Assembly (NCBI GenBank): GCA_002726235.1
Contig: PBSN01000008.1
Span: 606,136 to 670,135, forward strand
Length of the DNA: 64,000 nt
Source of the DNA: Nitrospiraceae bacterium
GTDB taxonomy: Bacteria; Nitrospirota; Nitrospiria; Nitrospirales; UBA2166
Direction of reading: 5' to 3'
The position numbers and the translations under genes were made by a program. Every line of letters starts with the position of its first letter. Within the stretch, counting starts at the first letter, position 1. Under the pieces are notes generated by a model that was not told the DNA's origin, did not search any database, and saw only the letters and a list, made by a program, of their open reading frames with translations. Below are positions 1 to 9,654 of the stretch, piece after piece.

Positions 1-547
1 TGATGCCATAACACTCGAACGATGCATTCAAAGATAAGGTTCACCTCAACATTCGATAATGATTGGAGTTTCTTCATGTGTAAGTAAAACGCAATGAAGA
101 AACCGTGTTGAGTGGGTGCGAGAGTTTCAAGTCCACGTTGTATCTCAACTGATACAGCTGTATCAATTCGGATACGCCGGAGGCACTCAGTGACTGTGAT
201 GTTCGCGAAGAAAAGATCTCACCCAATGAAATTATCGATTCCATTGGATTCTCTTTTCGTTAGGCGACCCACCTCATTGCCGATTGGAACCACATGCTCA
301 CATGGCTTAAAGCGGTTAATGTACTCAAGGATATGCATCGTATCGGGTCAAGAGACTGCAAAATCCATCAGTACGATGGAATCCTTCCGCTTCCCTGTAA
401 TCCCTCTTAGTTTTTGGTCAAATAGAATTCAAGGTGGCCTTGAGGAAATTACATCCTATGCGCTTGCCATTCCACAGCGACAAGCTTAATGTTTTCAATG
501 GCAATTCACCTATCGATTTCATACGGTACCGAGACGGAGGGAGTACG

Positions 548-802
548 ATGAGCTGGATCACTGTCATGGGTTTTGTCGCTGGGACTTGTACAACCGCCGC
601 GTTTCTTCCTCAAGTTGCAAAAATGTTTTTAACGAAAAAAACGCAAGATATCTCCCTGTTTATGTACATCATTCTGGCAACGGGTGTACTGTTGTGGACG
701 ATTTACGGGTTCATTAATGAGGACATCCCGCTACTGCTCGCGAATGGCATCACGTTGGTCTTTGTTTGCAGTATCCTTGTTCTGAAGCTACGGCATGGGT
801 AA
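548..802 (+). CDS. SemiSWEET / PQ-loop family small transporter
   Basis: 84 aa with three hydrophobic helices and the AAFLPQ...KKTQDISL motif; GGAGGG RBS before ATG 548 (ORF track start 434 is probably too long). Confidence 0.85.
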   Translation: MSWITVMGFVAGTCTTAAFLPQVAKMFLTKKTQDISLFMYIILATGVLLWTIYGFINEDIPLLLANGITLVFVCSILVLKLRHG

Positions 803-899
803 AAAAGAAGGTACAGAAAAACACACGGCAAACCGCCAAATGTTCTCACTGCAGGCAATATGCCTCGTCATACAATGCCGGTCACCACACTGATCATTG

Positions 900-962
900 A
901 TGGACACTCAAATGATAGGTGGATCGCAACGGCTAACCAACGAATGGATGGCAAATCACTAA
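900..962 (+). pseudogene. Relic 3' end of a Sel1-repeat gene paralogue
   Basis: Translates MDTQMIGGSQRLTNEWMANH*, matching the C-termini of the Sel1 genes at 1117-1923 (QRLTSE*MATH*) and 4989-6185 (ARKWMSNH*). Confidence 0.55.
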
Positions 963-1116
963 CACCCATCACACAGCACACACCAATCACATCACCGCGT
1001 TCTAATCCTGTAATACTCACAACCCATTCTTGTTAAACGTTGAATCGTCTTCCAAGAAGATGTATCCTTCTTTAGTGATGATGCGAGTAAACCCTGATGG
1101 AGGAGGTAAAGGCGTG

Positions 1117-1908
1117 ATGACACCCCTCCTGTTCGCCCTGCTCCTGCTGTTCAACGTGAGCCAGATTGCACTTGCTGGTGACTATGAAGATGGCGTGGAT
1201 GCACTTGCTCGTGGAGACTATACGACAGCCGCCCAGAAGTTCAGGCAAGCCGCGGAGGCCGCTCATACCGAAGCCCAATTCTCCCTTGGCGCAATGTACT
1301 TCAACGGAGAAGGGGTGTTGCAAGACGATAAGGAAGCGGCACGCTGGTACGCCAAATCAGCGGAAGCTGGTTTTGCGTTCGCCCAAGTCCAGCTTGCCTG
1401 GATGTACGCTAATGGGCTAGGGGTACCAAAAGACGATCACGAAGCCGTACGCTGGTACCGCCAAGCCGCGGAAGCTGGCCATACGAAAGCACAAAACCAG
1501 CTTGGGTGGATGTACGAGAAAGGCCAAGGTGTGCCGCAAGACGATCACGAAGCCGTACGCTGGTACCGCCAAGCCGCGGAAGCTGGTCATGCAAAGGCAC
1601 AAAACCAGCTTGGGTGGATGTACGAGAAAGGCCGAGGTGTACCGCAAGACGATCACGAAGCCGCACGCTGGTATCGCCAAGCTGCGGAAGCTGGTTTTGC
1701 GTTTGCCAAAGTCAATCTTAGCCTGATGTACACTAGCGGGCGTGGCGTACCAGAAGACTACGTGCAAGCCCTCAGGTGGGCTGACCTTGCCGCAGCGACT
1801 GCGCCTAACAAAGAACTCAGAGATCTTGCAGTCAAAATACGTAGTGATATTGCAGGAATGATGTCACAAGAGCAAATCGAGGAAGCGCAACGTCTAACCA
1901 GCGAGTGA
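1117..1908 (+). CDS. Secreted Sel1-like repeat protein
   Basis: Signal peptide MTPLLFALLLLFNVSQIALA; about five 36-aa repeats AQxxLGxMYxxGxGVPQDxxEAxRWYRQAAEAG; GGAGG RBS. Confidence 0.9.
   Translation: MTPLLFALLLLFNVSQIALAGDYEDGVDALARGDYTTAAQKFRQAAEAAHTEAQFSLGAMYFNGEGVLQDDKEAARWYAKSAEAGFAFAQVQLAWMYANGLGVPKDDHEAVRWYRQAAEAGHTKAQNQLGWMYEKGQGVPQDDHEAVRWYRQAAEAGHAKAQNQLGWMYEKGRGVPQDDHEAARWYRQAAEAGFAFAKVNLSLMYTSGRGVPEDYVQALRWADLAAATAPNKELRDLAVKIRSDIAGMMSQEQIEEAQRLTSE
1423..1710 (+). repeat. Near-identical 108-bp tandem repeats inside the Sel1 gene
   Basis: Unit gtrccrcaagacgatcacgaagccgyacgctggtaycgccaagcygcggaagctgg... recurs about 2.7 times at 108-bp period. Confidence 0.85.
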
Positions 1909-2058
1909 ATGGCAACTCACTAGCACCATATCACGCGCCCCCTGTCTCTGCCGCCTTGCACATCATAGCCTCTGTGAGCATCATACCTATTCATTTACAA
2001 CACAGGTGAGAATGCTGCGTGTATTGAAAATTGATCCATTGAAACTTCTCAATATTCC

Positions 2059-3387
2059 ATGAAACAACGTGCCTCTCTGCACACGGTTGGGTGTCGTCTT
2101 AACCAATCTGAAACCGCTATTTTTTTTCACCAACTCCAAGCGTCAGGTTTTCAGTTAGTGCCTTTTGGGGAACCAACTGATCTCTTCATTCTTAATACCT
2201 GTTCAGTGACCCATAGCGCGGAAGCTGATTGCCGCCGTGCAATACGGCGAACCATGCAGCATTCCCCCAATGCATTTATTGCCGTAACGGGGTGCTATGC
2301 ACAGACTGGAGCTAGCTCACTTGGAATGATTCATGGAGTGGATTTGATCGTTGGAAGCCAACACAAAATGACTGTCCTTGACTTGATTCCTTCCCTCAAG
2401 AAACAAAATACTCCTGAAATTGTTCGTGGACACCCCACTCGCGACAATTTTATCATCGACGGAGTTGGGTACTTTGAATCAACTCGAGCAACACTGAAAG
2501 TACAGGATGGTTGCGACTTTATGTGTTCGTTTTGCAACATTCCTTTTGCCAGGGGGCGAGAGCGCAGTCGCACGATGGACGATCTGTTGCGTGAAGGACA
2601 AGCACTTATTGACCGTGGCCACAAAGAGATAATCATTTCTGGGGTCAACGTTGGGAAGTATGAGTCGGCTGGGTATTCGCTTCTCGATGTCATTCGAAGA
2701 TTGGAAAAACTCCCTGGAATTATTCGTATCAGAATTTCCTCGATCGAACCAACGACCATTCCAGACGCCTTACTGGAACACATGGCTCATTCTTCTATCC
2801 TTTGTCACTATCTCCATGTACCTATTCAAAGCGGTGATGATGACATTTTACGCCGTATGCATCGACGCTATTCGGTTTGTGAATACAAGGAATGTATTGA
2901 AAAAGCTGCCCGCATGATTCCTGGAGCATGTTTTGGAACTGACGTGATGGTAGGATTTCCTGGAGAAGGTGAAAATGAATTCGCCCATACCATCGATGTC
3001 ATCAATGCACTGCCACTCTCCTATTTCCACGTGTTTAGTTACTCTGAACGACCAGGAACAGCGGCAGGAAAATTTGAGGAAAAGGTTCATCCACACATCA
3101 TTAAGGCGCGAAGTAAGCAATTAAGAACTATTTCTAAAACTAAACGGCTTGCGAGCTACCACCGGTATATCGGAGAATGTGTTTCTGTCTTGTTTGAACA
3201 GCGCGATACTGCTGGCTATTGGACTGGACTCACGGATACATATGTCCGTGTGAGCGTTAGAACGGATGAGGATCTAGCAAACAAGCTACGACTAGTTCAC
3301 GTTGCCGGTATTATGGGTGATAAAGCGGTGGGAGAGTTAGTTGGGAAAAACACGAAACCGGAAAAGCGCTTGGTGATGGTGTCATGA
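2059..3387 (+). CDS. mtaB: tRNA t6A37 methylthiotransferase MtaB
   Basis: UPF0004 N-domain (TVGCRLNQSE, NTCSVT), radical SAM CDFMCSFC, KVQDGC, RIRISSIEP, C-terminal TRAM-like region. Confidence 0.9.
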   Translation: MKQRASLHTVGCRLNQSETAIFFHQLQASGFQLVPFGEPTDLFILNTCSVTHSAEADCRRAIRRTMQHSPNAFIAVTGCYAQTGASSLGMIHGVDLIVGSQHKMTVLDLIPSLKKQNTPEIVRGHPTRDNFIIDGVGYFESTRATLKVQDGCDFMCSFCNIPFARGRERSRTMDDLLREGQALIDRGHKEIIISGVNVGKYESAGYSLLDVIRRLEKLPGIIRIRISSIEPTTIPDALLEHMAHSSILCHYLHVPIQSGDDDILRRMHRRYSVCEYKECIEKAARMIPGACFGTDVMVGFPGEGENEFAHTIDVINALPLSYFHVFSYSERPGTAAGKFEEKVHPHIIKARSKQLRTISKTKRLASYHRYIGECVSVLFEQRDTAGYWTGLTDTYVRVSVRTDEDLANKLRLVHVAGIMGDKAVGELVGKNTKPEKRLVMVS

Positions 3388-4706
3388 GTCACGCAGTTTA
3401 TCTTGAGACATTCGGCTGTCAGATGAATGAGTATGACAGCGATATCATACGCACCATCCTCAAACAACATGATTTTAAATTCACAAATCACCTTGATGAT
3501 GCAGATGTTGTGCTGATGAACACGTGCGCAATTCGAGAATCTGCACAGGACAGAATTCATGGACGACTTGCAGGATTAAAACGACTCAAGCATGAGCGTG
3601 GTCTCGTCGTGGGACTGCTTGGATGTATGGCTCAGAATCTCAAAAAAGACCTCATGAAGGCCGATTCGGTTATTGATGTGCTCGTCGGTCCAGATGGATA
3701 TCGCAAACTTCCCAATCTCCTCACAAAAGCGCTTGACGCACATCACCCTAGGATGGAAATAACTTTATCAGAGTCTGAGACCTATGCGGATATCGTCCCC
3801 GAGCAAATCGATAGCGTGACAGCTTTGGTCTCCATTATGCGTGGTTGCGACAATTTTTGTACTTTTTGTGTCGTACCCTACACTCGCGGACGCGAGCGTA
3901 GCCAAAACCCGGAAAGCATTATTTTTGAAGTGCGCCAATTGGCGAACAACGGAATCAAGCAGGTCACCCTTCTTGGACAGAACGTAAACTCATATGCCGT
4001 GAATGGGACAGATTTTGTCGATCTAATTATTCGTGTAGCAGATATTCCTGGAATTGAACGAGTTCGATTTACCTCACCACATCCAAAGGATTTTCCAGAA
4101 AAACTTATAGACGCCATTATTGACCATCCACGAATTTGCAAGCACATCCATCTTCCACTTCAGTCGGGAAGTGATAGAATTCTCGAACTCATGAATCGGA
4201 CATACACCCAGCAAGCCTTTATCGATCTTGCCAATGATATGCGAAATCGCTGCCCACAGCTCACATTAACTACCGATGTGATTGTCGGATTTTGTTCGGA
4301 AAGTGAGGAAGACTTCGCGGATACCTATCGCGTAATGGAGAAAATTGGATTCAACGCGGCATTTACCTTTATGTACTCTGAGCGGAAAAATACGATTGCG
4401 GCGCGACACTATCCCGACAATGTCCCACAGACCGTGAAAGTCGACCGAGTCTCACGCCTAGTCGAATTGCAAAACCGGATGTCGCGTCAATTAAATCGTG
4501 CCTTGATCGGGAAGAAACTTAAAGTTCTGGTTCAGGGAAACGCGAAGAAATCAGAAGACCAGTGGATGGGAAGGACCGATGGCAATACCATGGCCGTCTT
4601 TCCAAAAACAGGCAAAGAAGTATATCCAGGGAAGACAGCCACGATAACCATTTCAGATGCGACGTCACATACCTTGATCGGAGAGACAATCCCATCGTTT
4701 CAATGA
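3384..4706 (+). CDS. miaB: tRNA i6A37 methylthiotransferase MiaB
   Basis: ETFGCQMNEYDS, NTCAIRE, SIMRGCDNFCTFCVVPYTRGRERS, TSPHP, TRAM domain; ATGA overlap with mtaB. Confidence 0.95.
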   Translation: MSHAVYLETFGCQMNEYDSDIIRTILKQHDFKFTNHLDDADVVLMNTCAIRESAQDRIHGRLAGLKRLKHERGLVVGLLGCMAQNLKKDLMKADSVIDVLVGPDGYRKLPNLLTKALDAHHPRMEITLSESETYADIVPEQIDSVTALVSIMRGCDNFCTFCVVPYTRGRERSQNPESIIFEVRQLANNGIKQVTLLGQNVNSYAVNGTDFVDLIIRVADIPGIERVRFTSPHPKDFPEKLIDAIIDHPRICKHIHLPLQSGSDRILELMNRTYTQQAFIDLANDMRNRCPQLTLTTDVIVGFCSESEEDFADTYRVMEKIGFNAAFTFMYSERKNTIAARHYPDNVPQTVKVDRVSRLVELQNRMSRQLNRALIGKKLKVLVQGNAKKSEDQWMGRTDGNTMAVFPKTGKEVYPGKTATITISDATSHTLIGETIPSFQ

Positions 4707-4749
4707 AATTGTCGCAATGCTTCCCTACTAAGCTTCCTGTTAGATACAA

Positions 4750-4860
4750 TTATCCCAAACGTTAGATTTGCCCCATCTTGCACATCCCTTTTTGAGTTCT
4801 ACAATGAGCGGATCCTTCTTGTCTTTGCTACTCACCAAAGTATCAACAGACCAGCGAATC
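4750..4860 (-). pseudogene. Fragment of a PD-(D/E)XK (NucS/DUF91-like C-terminal) endonuclease
   Basis: Minus strand reads VDTLVSSKDKKDPLIVELKKGCA, then after a frameshift MGQI*RLG*; resembles the recalled family pattern IDILAxSKDKKxLLVVELKKGRAS...VGQIxRY. Confidence 0.6.
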
Positions 4861-4988
4861 TAACCGATGCGGCTAGGAAAGATCAAAGCAAACGAGAAAG
4901 GCGAGGAAAAGAAGAACAGTATCTGACGGATCATGCAAAACTGGACGCGTCGGGATGATCGTGGCATATGTATCGCGTAATGCAAGTG

Positions 4989-6185
4989 CTAGTGATTCGA
5001 CATCCACTTACGGGCCATCAGTTCGGCTTCCACGAGTTGCTCTGCTGAGAGTCTGCTTGTCACAACATCACGGGACTTGCTTGCAAATGTTTTGAGTTCG
5101 TTGTCGGTTGAAGTCGCTGTAGCAAGGCTATACCACTTGTGCGCTTGTACCTCGTCTTGCAACACCCCTTGCCCATTGAAGTACCTCACAGCAAGACTAT
5201 TTTGGGCCTCTGGAACTCCAGCCTCCGCGGCTTGACTCCACCAACGCACAGCTTCCACATCGTCTTGCGGAACCCCTTTCCCTTTGTCGTACATCACGCC
5301 AAGGTTGTATTGGGCATCTATGTCACCAGCCACCGCGGCTTTACGGTACCAGTGCACTGATTCCTTGTCATCTTGTGGCACACCCCATCCTCTAGCGTAC
5401 ATCACGCCAAGAGTGTTTTGGGCCTCTCTATCAGCAGCCTCAGCGGCTTTACGATACCAGCGCACCGCTTCTGTATCGTCTTTCGACACCCCTTTCCCTT
5501 CGCCATACATCAGACCAAGACTATATTGGGCCTCCACAACGCCAGCCTCTGCGGCCTGCCGATACCAGCGCACTGCTTCCACATTGTCCTGCAGCACCCC
5601 TTGCCCTTTATCGTACATCACGCCAAGATTGTATTTGGCCTTCGCATCACCGGCTTCCGCGGCTTGGGTAAACCAATACGCCGTTTTCTCAAAATCTTTC
5701 GGAACCCCCTCCCCATTGAAATACATCGCGCCAAGATTGAGTTGGGCTAACGTATGACCTCCTTCTGCCGCATGGGTAAACCAGCGCACCGCTTCCACAT
5801 TGTCCTGCAACACCCCTTTCCCTTTGTAATGCATCCAGCCAAGATTGTGCTGCGCCTCTGTGAATCCAGCCTCCGCAGCTGGCCTCCACCAACGTACGGC
5901 TTTCACATTGTCTTGCGGTACCCCTTGCCCTAAAGCGTACATCCATCCAAGATTGGTTTGGGCCTCCACATGACCACCCTCCGCGGCTGGCTGGAACTGC
6001 TCTAAGGCTATTGTGTAATCCTCACTCTCATATGCAGCTTTACCATCTTGATAGGCAACTTCAGCTTGGCTGGATGAGAAGACTGCTGCAGGAAGAGACT
6101 CAGCAGAATCCATGGTCTCCTTGGATTCACACCCAAGACTGAACAGAGCGAGAATGATGAGAAGAGGCATTACGATCCAAGGCAT
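4989..6185 (-). CDS. Sel1-like repeat lipoprotein
   Basis: Lipobox-type signal MPWIVMPLLIILALFSLGC; about eight Sel1 repeats; GGGGAG RBS. Confidence 0.9.
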   Translation of the reverse strand: MPWIVMPLLIILALFSLGCESKETMDSAESLPAAVFSSSQAEVAYQDGKAAYESEDYTIALEQFQPAAEGGHVEAQTNLGWMYALGQGVPQDNVKAVRWWRPAAEAGFTEAQHNLGWMHYKGKGVLQDNVEAVRWFTHAAEGGHTLAQLNLGAMYFNGEGVPKDFEKTAYWFTQAAEAGDAKAKYNLGVMYDKGQGVLQDNVEAVRWYRQAAEAGVVEAQYSLGLMYGEGKGVSKDDTEAVRWYRKAAEAADREAQNTLGVMYARGWGVPQDDKESVHWYRKAAVAGDIDAQYNLGVMYDKGKGVPQDDVEAVRWWSQAAEAGVPEAQNSLAVRYFNGQGVLQDEVQAHKWYSLATATSTDNELKTFASKSRDVVTSRLSAEQLVEAELMARKWMSNH

Positions 6186-6270
6186 ACGGTTCTCCCCAGC
6201 ATTGTTGAAGCAGGATTCCATCCCATCATCACTGACGAAATAAAGTCAAAAACTTACGAGACAGGATCGT

Positions 6271-6346
6271 TGGTGGAGCTGAGGGGGGTCGAACCCCTGA
6301 CCTCGAGACTGCCAGTCTCGCGCGCTCCCAACTGCGCCACAGCCCC
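6271..6346 (-). tRNA. tRNA-Ala(GGC)
   Basis: GGGGCTG acceptor stem with G3:U70, anticodon arm CGAGA-CTGGCAG-TCTCG, T-loop GGTTCGA, encoded CCA; 76 nt. Confidence 0.97.
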
Positions 6347-6356
6347 ACACAAGGCG

Positions 6357-6385
6357 ATGATATCGACCCTCTTGAGTACTGTCAA
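6357..6385 (-). promoter_or_regulatory. sigma70 promoter of tRNA-Ala
   Basis: TTGACA-17 bp-TATCAT immediately upstream of the tRNA. Confidence 0.75.
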
Positions 6386-6527
6386 GAGAACTTCAGCAGG
6401 ATATTTCTAACATTTCGAATGTGTGTTAGGCAACGATTATGATCTGCAGTCATCCACCTAGGATATGGGACATTTTACATATTCACCACCCTGCAAGAAG
6501 GGGTAGAATAACGTCCCTACATCACCA

Positions 6528-7745
6528 CTATGGAGAATACGTAACGGTGGCAAACTTTCGTTTTCCGACACGAATCTTGTAGAGTTTTCCTTCGGAGAGT
6601 TCTATCTTGGCATGAGGATCGGTTGGGCGTTGACCATCAAGCTCAACACTCCCCTGTTGCACAAGTCTCCTTGCCTCATTTCGGCTCGAGACCAATCCAG
6701 TTTTCTCGAGTAATGCAATGATCCAGATAGAGGGATTGTCAGGTAAATCAACATCACTCGCGCTCAACTGCACACTGGCATCAGGCTGATCTGGAAATTC
6801 TTTTTGGCCAAAGCGCTTCTGAAATTCTTCACGTGCATGTTTGGCGTTCTCAGCCCCGTGATAGCGCGCGGTAATTTCATGCGCAAGATCTTTCTTCGCT
6901 TCCATGGGATGCACGCTCTGCACATTTTCAATATCACGATCGGAAAGGAGTTCATAGTACCGCAACATTAACTCATCACTCACTGACATCAGCTTGCCAA
7001 ACATTTCCGTCGGAGAATCATCTAACGCAACCACATTGCCAAAACTCTTACTCATTTTCCGCACACCATCGATTCCCTCTAACAAGGGCATCGTCATCAC
7101 AACCTGAGGGGGCTTCCCATAATCACGTTGTAATTCACGTCCCATGAGCAGATTGAACTTCTGATCCGTTCCTCCAAGTTCAACATCCGCATCAAGCACG
7201 ACCGAATCATATCCCTGAATAAGAGGATAGAGAAATTCATGGATGCTGATTGGCTTTCCTTCAGCATACCTCTTCTCAAAGTCATCGCGCTCAAGCATAC
7301 GCGCCACTGTGTGACGGGCTGCAAGCTCAATGACCTTCTCCGCGGTCATCAGCTTCATCCATCGACTGTTGTAGTCAACAGTTGTGCGGTCTGGATCAAG
7401 AATCTTAAATATCTGACGTTCGTAGGCCATCGCATTATCCGTAACCTGATCTTTCGTCATCGGCTTTCGTGTTTCGGACACCCCACTGGGATCTCCAATC
7501 ATCCCGGTAAAGTCTCCAATGAGAAAAATGATGTCGTGTCCACAATCCTGGAAATGTTTCAGTTTGTGAAGGAGCACGGTGTGACCAAGATGGAGATCTG
7601 GAGCGGTTGGATCAAATCCAGCTTTAATTTTCAATGGGCAGGCGTGTTGCTGTGACCATTCAAGTTTCTGTCGCAGTGCCTCCTTTGGAATTACCTCGAT
7701 AGTCCCGCGGTTGAGAAGAGACAACTGCTGATCGATAGGAGTCAT
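6528..7745 (-). CDS. tyrS: Tyrosyl-tRNA synthetase
   Basis: [30 protein letters not shown]-terminal S4 domain. Confidence 0.97.
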   Translation of the reverse strand: MTPIDQQLSLLNRGTIEVIPKEALRQKLEWSQQHACPLKIKAGFDPTAPDLHLGHTVLLHKLKHFQDCGHDIIFLIGDFTGMIGDPSGVSETRKPMTKDQVTDNAMAYERQIFKILDPDRTTVDYNSRWMKLMTAEKVIELAARHTVARMLERDDFEKRYAEGKPISIHEFLYPLIQGYDSVVLDADVELGGTDQKFNLLMGRELQRDYGKPPQVVMTMPLLEGIDGVRKMSKSFGNVVALDDSPTEMFGKLMSVSDELMLRYYELLSDRDIENVQSVHPMEAKKDLAHEITARYHGAENAKHAREEFQKRFGQKEFPDQPDASVQLSASDVDLPDNPSIWIIALLEKTGLVSSRNEARRLVQQGSVELDGQRPTDPHAKIELSEGKLYKIRVGKRKFATVTYSP

Positions 7746-7761
7746 CGAGTGGAGAGACCAG

Positions 7762-7798
7762 AGGATGCTGAAAAAAGAGAGGCCAGTCGCAACATCCT
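7762..7798. repeat. Short (internally deleted) copy of the AGGATGCTGAAAAA...CATCCT inverted-repeat element
   Basis: aggatgctgaaaaaa...gcaacatcct; same termini as the copies at 16360, 20484 and 35675. Confidence 0.5.
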
Positions 7799-7848
7799 AT
7801 TGTACACCTAGAGTGAGAAAAGAACCTGAAGAAGTAGTAAGTTCAAGA

Positions 7849-9255
7849 TCATGGAGTTGCTACAGCAACCTTTTTTTTTGCAAGATGAATTGCCTCACCA
7901 GAGACATCTTCGGCGGCCTCCATCAAACCTTCTGCCCACGTTGGATGGGCATGGATTGTGGTGGCCAATGTTTTAGCAGTAGCGCCAAGTCGCATACCCA
8001 ACGCGGCCTCGTGGATTAGGTCAGCAGCATGCGAGCCAACAATATGTACACCAAGAAGGCGATCACTTTCAGCATCCGCGATAACCTTGAATAATCCAGT
8101 TGTCTCGCCCTGCGCATGCGCTTTTCCCAATCCAATAGGTCGAAATCGGCCAATGCGAGTTTGTATTCCTCTTGTTTTCGCTTCCTCTTCAGTGATGCCT
8201 ACTCGACCAATTTCAGGAACAGTAAAAATTCCTACAGGGATCACATCATCGTTAATCTCTATCAGGTTGCCCATCATGTTTTCGACAGCCACTTTTCCAT
8301 GATATGAGGCAACATGAGCTAGCATGGACTTACCAGTCACATCTCCAATCGCGTAAATCCCTGGCGCTGTTGTTTCTAAATATTCATTCACCGTAATCTC
8401 ACCGCAATTCCCAACAGCAACGCCAGCATTCTCCAGCCCTAAACCCTGAGGGTTAATATGGCGACCGACTGAAACAAGAACTTTGTCTGTTACAATTGTC
8501 GTCCCATCAGAACATGTGACTTGAACATTTTCATCAGATTTTTCAACCTCCACTACCTGGGTTCCCAAGTAAAGATCAATCCCTTGTTTCTTGAATACAG
8601 ATTGAATCTGGGCGGATACCTCGGTATCTTCCGACGGCAATATCTGAGGTGCCATTTCGACCAAGCTCACTCGGCTCCCCAACCCTGCAAAGAGAGATGC
8701 AAACTCACATCCTTCCACGCCAGCTCCGACAATCAGAAGCGTTTTTGGAATATCAGTTGTATCCAAAAGCTCCTTGCTGGTGACAATGAATTCTCCATCG
8801 ACTGGCAAATTTGGCAACGTTGTTGGTTGTGAACCAGTAGCAATGACAATAGCATCCGCAATAACGGTATGTTCTTTTCCTTCAATTTCCACGATGCGTA
8901 TCGTTCGTTGATCAAGAAGTTCAGCCCGCCCCTCAATGAGCTGTACACCCCAAGACTTAAAAAGGGAACGAACACCGCTTGCAAGTGTGCTAACTATCTT
9001 GTTTTTTCGGTTAACCATTGCCTGAAGGTCTACCGAAATAGGCCCGGCAATCTGTATCCCAAATTCAGAGGCCAAGCAAACTTTGGTGAACACATCCCTA
9101 CACGCCAACAAAGCCTTACTGGGAATACAGCCCCAATGAAGACATACCCCTCCAACCCATCCCTGCTCGACAACGGTCACATTCGCTCCAACCTGAGCAG
9201 CACGAATCGCAGCGACATACCCTCCAGGACCAGCACCGATAATGACGACATGCAT
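7849..9255 (-). CDS. lpdA: Dihydrolipoyl dehydrogenase
   Basis: GAGPGGY, redox disulfide GGVCLHWGCIPSK, IHAHPTxxE. Confidence 0.95.
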   Translation of the reverse strand: MHVVIIGAGPGGYVAAIRAAQVGANVTVVEQGWVGGVCLHWGCIPSKALLACRDVFTKVCLASEFGIQIAGPISVDLQAMVNRKNKIVSTLASGVRSLFKSWGVQLIEGRAELLDQRTIRIVEIEGKEHTVIADAIVIATGSQPTTLPNLPVDGEFIVTSKELLDTTDIPKTLLIVGAGVEGCEFASLFAGLGSRVSLVEMAPQILPSEDTEVSAQIQSVFKKQGIDLYLGTQVVEVEKSDENVQVTCSDGTTIVTDKVLVSVGRHINPQGLGLENAGVAVGNCGEITVNEYLETTAPGIYAIGDVTGKSMLAHVASYHGKVAVENMMGNLIEINDDVIPVGIFTVPEIGRVGITEEEAKTRGIQTRIGRFRPIGLGKAHAQGETTGLFKVIADAESDRLLGVHIVGSHAADLIHEAALGMRLGATAKTLATTIHAHPTWAEGLMEAAEDVSGEAIHLAKKKVAVATP

Positions 9256-9261
9256 ACTGTA

Positions 9262-9654
9262 TCAGTCGTCGCCTTCTCCACGCACAAACGCCTCATAGGC
9301 TTTCGCATCCATTAGCTGGTCCAACTCTTCCTGAGTTTCAAGCATGATCGAGACAATCCATCCCTCTCCATACGGATCATTGTTGACGAGATCTGGACGA
9401 GCGATCAATTGATCGTTGATCCGGAGAATGGTCCCATTCACAGGACTATATATTGGAGAGGTCGCCTTGGTTGACTCCAGTTCTCCAATCTCATCCCCTC
9501 GGTGTACCTTCGCCCCAACTGCAGGAAATTCCACATAAACAATATCGCCTAAAGACTCCTGCGCAAACTGACTAACGCCAACAATGCACCCACCACCATC
9601 GTCAACATTAACCCATTCATGATCTTTGGTATACAGGAATGTATCAGGGAACAT
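9262..9654 (-). CDS. gcvH: Glycine cleavage H / lipoyl carrier protein
   Basis: YTKDHEW, LGDIVYV, lipoyl-Lys ESTKA, NNDPYGEGW. Confidence 0.92.
   Translation of the reverse strand: MFPDTFLYTKDHEWVNVDDGGGCIVGVSQFAQESLGDIVYVEFPAVGAKVHRGDEIGELESTKATSPIYSPVNGTILRINDQLIARPDLVNNDPYGEGWIVSIMLETQEELDQLMDAKAYEAFVRGEGDD

Noticed and set aside
1423..1710. Regular repeats as a CRISPR array
   Set aside because: The 108-bp units are in-frame coding Sel1 repeats with no unique spacers, and no cas genes are present
1906..1908. TGA at a Trp position as evidence for a reassigned genetic code
   Set aside because: Conserved genes (mtaB, miaB, gcvH, ligase) end at TGA at the expected lengths and TGG is used normally; a point mutation is simpler
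6396..6494. Further repeat-element copy (gcaggatattt...caccctgc) upstream of the tRNA
   Set aside because: Similarity is too short to support by eye
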